A DNA stretch of 14,044 nt, from contig BAAFSQ010000260.1 of the NCBI GenBank assembly GCA_054661495.1, forward strand, positions 1-14,044, given 5' to 3'. The first letter of the stretch is position 1; every line of letters begins with the position of its first letter. The notes under the pieces were generated by a model that saw only the letters and a program-made list of their open reading frames with translations, had not been told where the DNA came from and made no database searches. The stretch comes from Zygophlyctis sp. KS116. Its lineage: Eukaryota; Fungi; Chytridiomycota. The position numbers were made by a program, and so were the translations under genes. Below are positions 7,803-14,044 of the stretch, piece after piece.

Positions 7803-10800
7803 TTAATGAGAAAGTGCTATTTCTGAAAAAAATGACAGAAGTTCCTCCAAAGTAAATTCCAATCTGATTGATGTTTCGGGATAACATTTATTTATCAGCT
7901 CTTCATATCTGCGAAACTGGCGGCAAAATTCCTCTTGGATTCCTCGCCAAACTACTTGCAATAGTCCTTCTTCTTCAGTATAGTGCTTATCAGCTCTCTT
8001 GTATAAATTTTCAAGACCTTTTTTGATTTCTTTGCCAGGATATCTATGAATAACTTCTTTAACAGCATTCTTTGAAAATTGTAAGTGATAACTGACTTCT
8101 TCAGCTGGTCTAGTTTTCAACAGTCCTTCAATCCCTTCAAAGAACTCCAAAAGTTTGCCAAGAGGTTTTCGAATTGCAACTTTGCAATACGTATCCAAGT
8201 TTGTTTCATAGAGCGTTTTTGCTTGTTTGATAAATACGTCCAGACATGCAACTTTTGTGGCTCGTACATTGGTATAAAAGTGATGCATGTTCTCTAAAGT
8301 ATTAAATTATTAAATCTTTACCAACGGTCATTATCTGAACATTCAAATACTCCTTTTCTTCTGTCCCAGTTTTTGGGTCTTGGTCTACTTGTGACGCTAC
8401 AGCTTGTAATGTCTCAAACATAACCTTCATAATATTAGAATACGATTTATCCAGGATAGACCTTGTCATATCACAATTTGGAAAAATAAATCCCTCCAGG
8501 CGTCCAACGAAAAGCTGTGCATTAATGAATTAAAGATACAGGAAATGTACTTATAAAAGGTAAGATCCCACGACGCCTTTTGGTTGTTACTGAAGTTTCT
8601 TCGATTGCTTTTATCTGTTCTACCTATTGGCTTAATTACTAGCTATGAAATTTACAACAAACTTTTCGTAGATCTGTGTGACTTTTTTATGTAACATTTT
8701 TGAGATTTGATAAATGTAAACATAAACCGTTTCTTTATATTCAACCATGTTATATTCTATTAGGGATAGTACTGATATAGAATATGATGCATCATGCTTT
8801 AGCCCAATATCAATTAAATGTGATAACTTATCCGGCAAATCCCCGAAGAGCTTTGCTGAAGAGTCACTAAAATTAAAGCAGAGAAATATACAGCATAGTC
8901 TTTTGTGTCTTGGAATCAACTGTGACCTTCCTTGGAGTTGATAGTGGATCTTGCCATGAAATCAAGTTTTGTAATACTTCAAAATCATTAAAATTGAATA
9001 CATCGAGAAGAAAGTTAGTTTCTCGGACTATCAGGAAATTGAATTTGACAATAACATTTTTAATCAATTGTCCAGGCATTAATTTATCGACACTATGTTC
9101 AGCAATACTGTGAGAGCTGGCTGAACGTTTGGGCTCATCTACTTCATCTTCTGGATCATTAATTGTTATTTGTTCTATTGGCGATTGGTCGGTTTTTGTT
9201 TTTCGATATCCTGGACGCAGCTGATCAACTATCCGTTGCTTGATTCCTTCAACTGCAGATGTAGCATTATTACCACCCGCTTGTAAATTATTCTTTATAA
9301 AGTTTGCTTGAATCATTAAAAGATTTGTTTGAAATACTAGCAGTTATTTAAGAATACGAAATACAATGATTATGCTCAGCAAGAATAGCTTCCTTTCTTG
9401 CCAAATGATGATTTCTGTTTACATCGATAAATTCTGCAAATTCTCGATTGTACGTCCTTGAAAACTCTATGAGATAAACCTTCAAATTAATCTTTAAGTT
9501 CAAGTACTAATAACATGTCATTATGCCTGCTTTCATCAAATTCTTTCATATATTTAAGCAATTGGATGAAATCAAACATTTTGATTTCTTTTGCTTCATA
9601 TGAAGCCAGTTTACAATGTCCCTTTTTCGCCAAACGGCCCTTATCGGCCAAAAAAGAATCATTCTAACAAACTTAAATTGGTAAATTAATACCTGCATTT
9701 TAAAGAATACTTCCAAATAATCCACAAGTTTTTTAATAAATTGATGAGCCACATTACTGTAAAATGCTTTTTGTTCTTTCACGGCAGCCATTTTGGACAT
9801 TTCTATTGCATTTAAAAATTGCATATATTACCCTGAAAATCAGTCTTGATCAATTTCATTATTTGACCAAAAGCTAGAGTACATTCCCTTACTGAATTCG
9901 AGTTATCTAAACCTTCCTCTTTTAAAACATTGACAACATAAGGTGGAAGACTTAGTGATGCCATAAAATACTCCAACTCTTTCAACAGTAACTTCTGATT
10001 TTCGGATGAGACTTGCATATCCTTATTTTGCAACTCAACTTGATGAACATCTTGTCCCATGCCCTATCGGTATTAGAGATTTTTTAATGCTTACCTCTAG
10101 TAAAGACACATAATGCGAAATCCATTGATCTATTTGATCTAATTGCTGTAAAGATGACTCAATTTTTTCGAAAACATGCGCCGATGCCTCTTCACTAGCT
10201 ATAATACCGTGAATATTAGACTTCGTGTTAGAATGAATGAAATTACAGCTTCTAATGCCACGATTTCTTCCTGTAACGATTTTTCCAAAGCTGATGCATC
10301 ACCTGAAACTTCCCACTTAAAGTTATTTAGAATTTGATTTAGATCGAGCTCTGGAACTATTTTTTCAATCTTTTTAGAAATTGACTCTCTCTTGGCATAA
10401 GATATTTGACTTTCCGGATTGCTCTTCAATAATTGCAAATCTATCGTTGGACTTTTAGTGAATTTTTTGAGATCAATGTTTCCTAATTTAGGCATTTTTC
10501 TAGATTCACTTTGACAAATTGTAATGATTGTCAGTAATGCATCATTCTTTTTAGATTGACTCTTAAAACTTAATTTGAAAGTTTTAGACGTTGTTAAATG
10601 CACAACTAAATCCTTTTTTAAGTCGATAAATTCACTTACAGAAACGTCGTCTATTCCCTTGATATCATCAGGGTCCCAAGATTCTAACAATTCAAACCTT
10701 TCCGATTTTCTTTTTACATAGTGTATGATAGATTTATCTTTTTTAGCTTATTTTCAAATCATAAAAACATTACTTGTAATACACAAAAACCGCATCTTTT

Positions 10801-10975
10801 CATTCTTTATCTTATCTTCTTCATCTGAAGAGTCATGAGCCTTCTTTTTAAAGAAATTCTGTGCCGCATTTTCTATTTTCTCTTTATTGACTGGAAATAT
10901 GTAAATTAACTTTCCAATATTCTCATTGAAAATTCCTATTTCCAACTCTTTGCGTAGTAGTTCCTCTTTATTCAT
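7803..10975 (-). CDS. SEC3: Exocyst complex component Sec3/EXOC1 (N-terminal PH-like domain, coiled coil, helical rod), about 954 aa
   Basis: Eleven introns (plus-strand coordinates): 10747-10773, 10221-10246, 10064-10094, 9803-9831, 9664-9692, 9480-9507, 9337-9364, 8867-8891, 8624-8655, 8515-8539, 8294-8321. Motifs: RFLCIT..., LEKSLQEEIVALEA/SNIHGII, VELQNKDMQVSSENQKLLLKEL, MAAVKE, QIKAIEET..TKRRGILPF, ENMHHF, KLLEFFEGIE, LYKRADKH, LLQVVWRGIQ, LINKCYP. Confidence 0.92.
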
Positions 10976-11156
10976 TAATATTTATTATTATTCTCTATTG
11001 GTATTTTCTAGAGAGTATTTTGTGGTTTTGTCCGATTTATCAGTAAGAAAATCTCAAAGAGCGCGAAGAATCCAAAAAAAAATTAACTGCTTTGACCGTA
11101 AATTTTTCTGTTTGGGTCGGTTATTTTTATAAATCTTCTAAATGCCCATTCAAATG

Positions 11157-12019
11157 TTATTGAAAAGCTTCTGAAGTCTTTTCTACCAAGACTTGACCTG
11201 ATGCCGTATAACCTGTCCCTTGAGAAACAAGTAAAATCAAATCCGATTCTCTAAATTCTTCATTACATATAGGACATGACAGAGATTCTTTTAAAAGCAA
11301 TGTACAATCAAAACAATATGCATGCCCACAACCTTTAATAAATGTAATTTTTGAAGAATTCCTTAGAGTTTTTGAACATGTCCAACAACATTTTGAATTA
11401 ATTTTCCCATCTTTTTCATCTAAATCCTTAAATAGAACTGACCATGTTTTCTTTAATCTATATTTTTTTAGTAAAATTATAATGTACGATATTTGATGCG
11501 GTTCTAAACCCCCAAAACAGTAAATTTTAGTACTGGGTTTCTTAACTTGAGTCTTATCAGACTCTGGTGTCTCTGAAGGAACCCAAAAACTACTTTTTCC
11601 TTTTAAATCCTTTGCCGAGTCTTTAGACTTTGAATCTACTAGTATTGATTTCTGAGTATTCATAAATCGTACTTGTTCTTCTGATGATGCAGTGTTTGAT
11701 TTTGCTATTAGTGTGGCGTCAACGGTTGCGTTTGATGTTTCCTATTTTTTTAAAAAAAGTTTAATACATAATCATTCATCATTTCCTTGATTTTATTTTT
11801 TTGAGACACTATATTCTCCAACAAACATTCCTTACAACTTAAATGTCCTTGTGAACAAGAGAGAGGAGAACGAAGAGGATTTAAGCAAATAAAACAGTCA
11901 AAAATATTTAAAATTGAATCTCTTCCAATTCTTTGTTTAACTGTTCCATAATTCAACTTTTGCCGTTCTTCATAAGTAAAAAATCCTCTTGTATTATTGT
12001 TTTTAGAATGACGACTCAT
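11157..12019 (-). CDS. NOSIP: Nitric oxide synthase-interacting protein (NOSIP), RING/U-box-type protein, about 268 aa
   Basis: Introns 11742-11767 and 11458-11487. Signature N-terminus MSRHSKNN...FTYEER..L.YGT...RIGRDS...FDCFICL.P...P.....GHL.CKECLLENI.SQK, then SFWVPSETP, a C-terminal RING (CWTC..CGHAYCFDC..CPIC) and GTGY...G. Confidence 0.93.
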
Positions 12020-12104
12020 AAAATCAAATTTTTTATTAGATGAAAATTTCCTAATAATATTACTTCTTATAGGCTCTTAAAGCTCTTTACAAGTTTTTAT
12101 CTTT
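12020..12104. promoter_or_regulatory. Putative 85-bp bidirectional promoter between NOSIP and the THADA-like gene
   Basis: Divergent ATGs at 12019 (-) and 12105 (+). The call is positional only; I recognise no motif here. Confidence 0.4.
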
Positions 12105-13979
12105 ATGAAACTGCCAGTTGAATTGGATATAGATCTTGAAATACAAGAGCTTTTAAAAGAGAATAATATTTCTACTGTAGAAAAGAGATTAGTTTGTCTC
12201 TCTAGAGATGAGAAATATTTAAAAGTTTTATTAGCACTTGCTGAGAGTGATTTTCAACTTGTTAGGAATTTGGCTGTGAAGTCAGTCATGGAAATTCCAG
12301 TGAATGAATTTCTGGATTTTGGGATTTCTGGAAATGAAATATTTTTAAAATCGATGGAATTATTGAATTCAAGTTGGTCTATTTCAAGACTTAAAGGACA
12401 ATGTTTAATGGAAATTTTAACTAGGAAATATAGAATGGATAGTATACTCAAGTGGAATTTGAAGTCTCTGCCCTTGACAGCTAGCTCAAATCTACCTCTA
12501 AAAATCAATCTAGACCTTCAATTGGAAAACCTAAAACTACAACAAGAATCAAGTGAATGCATTTCGTTAACGGAGCGGTTAAAATGGTTTTTTTATTTTA
12601 AGCATTGTTTAGAAACACAAGTGGACAAATTGAAATTAGGCTATGGTTGGGTTTTAGATGGGTATCCGATACATGGGGTTTTATTGGTATTTGTCAATCT
12701 TTTTGTAATTTTTTAAAAAATAATTAAAATTTAGGAAATAGAATTTCTTTCAAAAGAGGATTCTAGTGGTAATGGGATTTTAGACTTGATTTTTGGGGTT
12801 GTTGAAATTTGTTTAGAGTTTTTTAGATTATCAGGGAATTTAATGGGGGGATTAGAAGGGACAGATGAATCTCGTGTATTTTCTAGTTTAAGTCAAGATG
12901 CAGAGGTTAGAGACTATAGAAAAGACTCTATAGACTCTGTAAATCTAAAGTTTACAAAATCAGATACTGAAAAAACTATAAACTGTTTTTGGAGATCATT
13001 ACGGTCTAGTTTTGATTTATTTAACAAAATCATAATGGCATTTAGATTAAGGGGGATGAATACTGCTGAAAGAGAATTAATATTAAAAATTGGGGATGTT
13101 TTAATTAATGTTCTTTTAGAATCAAACCATCCCGGAGTCTTAAAATACGCTCAAGAATCTCTACAACTTTACTCAACAATTGAAAATCCTCTAGTCATTC
13201 AAAAGAAATTAGATATCCTGTTAAGCTTTGAAAAAGATTTTAAAGCGTTTTTTAGGTTTGATGGGAAATCAATAGGATATTCTATGGCTTTATTAGTACT
13301 TTTAAAGGCTATTGATAAAACAAAAACAAGCGCAACTATTGATAAATTAATTCAGTCTTTTAATTCAAGAAATTCAACACATCAAAAGATCATTATTCAG
13401 ATCTTTACACTGATTGTTGCTGATAAAATTGGGAAAGATTTAGAATTGATGACTTTATTGGATTTTTGCATTTTTTTATTGAATTCTGGATGTAAGGATT
13501 ATAAATGGAATGGGAATCTATATCAGCTGATAGTTACAATATTAAACCGTATGATTAAAGGAAAATGCCTCTGCAGCGTACCAGGGCTGGTATCTAAAGT
13601 TTTAAATGCTTTCAAGAATTACAATGGACAAGAAGGACTGACTACAATATTCCTACAAATGATCAGTAAATCAGATAAACATGATTGTGTTTTACAAGAT
13701 CAACTCCTACAAATGCTGCAGTGTAGAAATGGATATACAAGAATTTTGTGTGCTAAAGCTCTGATGAGCACTGGAGATATATCTTATTTATTACAAAATA
13801 TAATTTTGATTGTAGAAAATAGTGAAGGCATTGGGAAACTAAATAATGCGCATGGTATTTTTTCGGTTTTCAAATATGCAATAATGGAAGCAAAAACAGA
13901 AGAGATGGATGCAACAATTTTACTCAAAATCAAAAACAGCATGACAATTTTTCAAGAATTTTGGGACAGGATTATATAA
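12105..13979 (+). CDS. Divergent, shortened THADA/Trm732-like (DUF2428) HEAT/ARM protein, about 614 aa
   Basis: Exons 12105-12704 and 12735-13979, with a 30-nt intron at 12705-12734 (alternative in-frame donor at 12687). The ordered motifs YPIHGVL, CFWRSLR, IGDVLINVLLESNHPGV, GKSIGYS, RILCAKAL and NNAHGI parallel my recall of THADA (YPMYG, CCWRSMKE, IGDYF...LLQSRHRGAF, RRSAGIP, REMAARAL, NHIHG). Confidence 0.65.
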
Positions 13980-14044
13980 TTAAGATTTTTTGTTGAAAAT
14001 TCATCATTACCAATCAACTTTATTTTAAAGATTAGTTTATTTCA

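Noticed and set aside
1472-10200. Short ORF-track entries opposite or out of frame to real genes (e.g. 1472-1681, 2292-2564, 2789-3010, 3183-3389, 4266-4493, 4847-5218, 6048-6236, 7333-7539, 7657-7887, 8085-8297, 8747-8941, 8910-9113)
   Set aside because: They are antisense shadows of well-supported exons and show no recognisable motifs.
10926-12508. ORFs 10926-11132 (+) and 12254-12508 (-)
   Set aside because: They overlap SEC3 or the THADA-like gene in antisense, have compositionally biased translations and no family signal.
1-14044. Pseudogenes, programmed frameshifts or an alternative genetic code as the cause of ORF fragmentation
   Set aside because: Every break is resolved by a GTA..AG intron that restores the frame and conserved motifs under the standard code.

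Overview
This is AT-rich eukaryotic genomic DNA from a very compact genome, most likely a flagellated (zoosporic, chytrid-like) fungus. That assignment is an inference from a fungal-type Sec3 and a Cid13/CutA-like enzyme sitting beside axonemal genes. The ORF track is fragmented because the genes are split by tiny introns. By manual splicing I reconstructed 8 genes and 40 introns of only 24-35 nt, all GTA...AG, and each complete model closes in frame under the standard code. Gene order: (1) 5'-incomplete plant-type LRR protein with one 72-nt exon per repeat, then a KR site and a 6-Cys C-terminal domain (+); (2) Cid1/Cid13-family terminal nucleotidyltransferase (+); (3) CFAP119/C1a-32-family central-pair protein (+); (4) SPAG6/PF16 (-); (5) divergent BBS4-like TPR protein (+); (6) exocyst SEC3 (-); (7) NOSIP (-); (8) a short THADA/Trm732-like protein whose RRSAGLP motif is degenerate (+). 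Intergenic gaps are 6-181 bp. The main points of interest are the minimal-intron splicing code, a three-gene flagellar cluster, the modular LRR-KR-Cys-domain protein, and the miniaturised THADA-like gene. Family calls come from my recall of conserved motifs, not from database searches.
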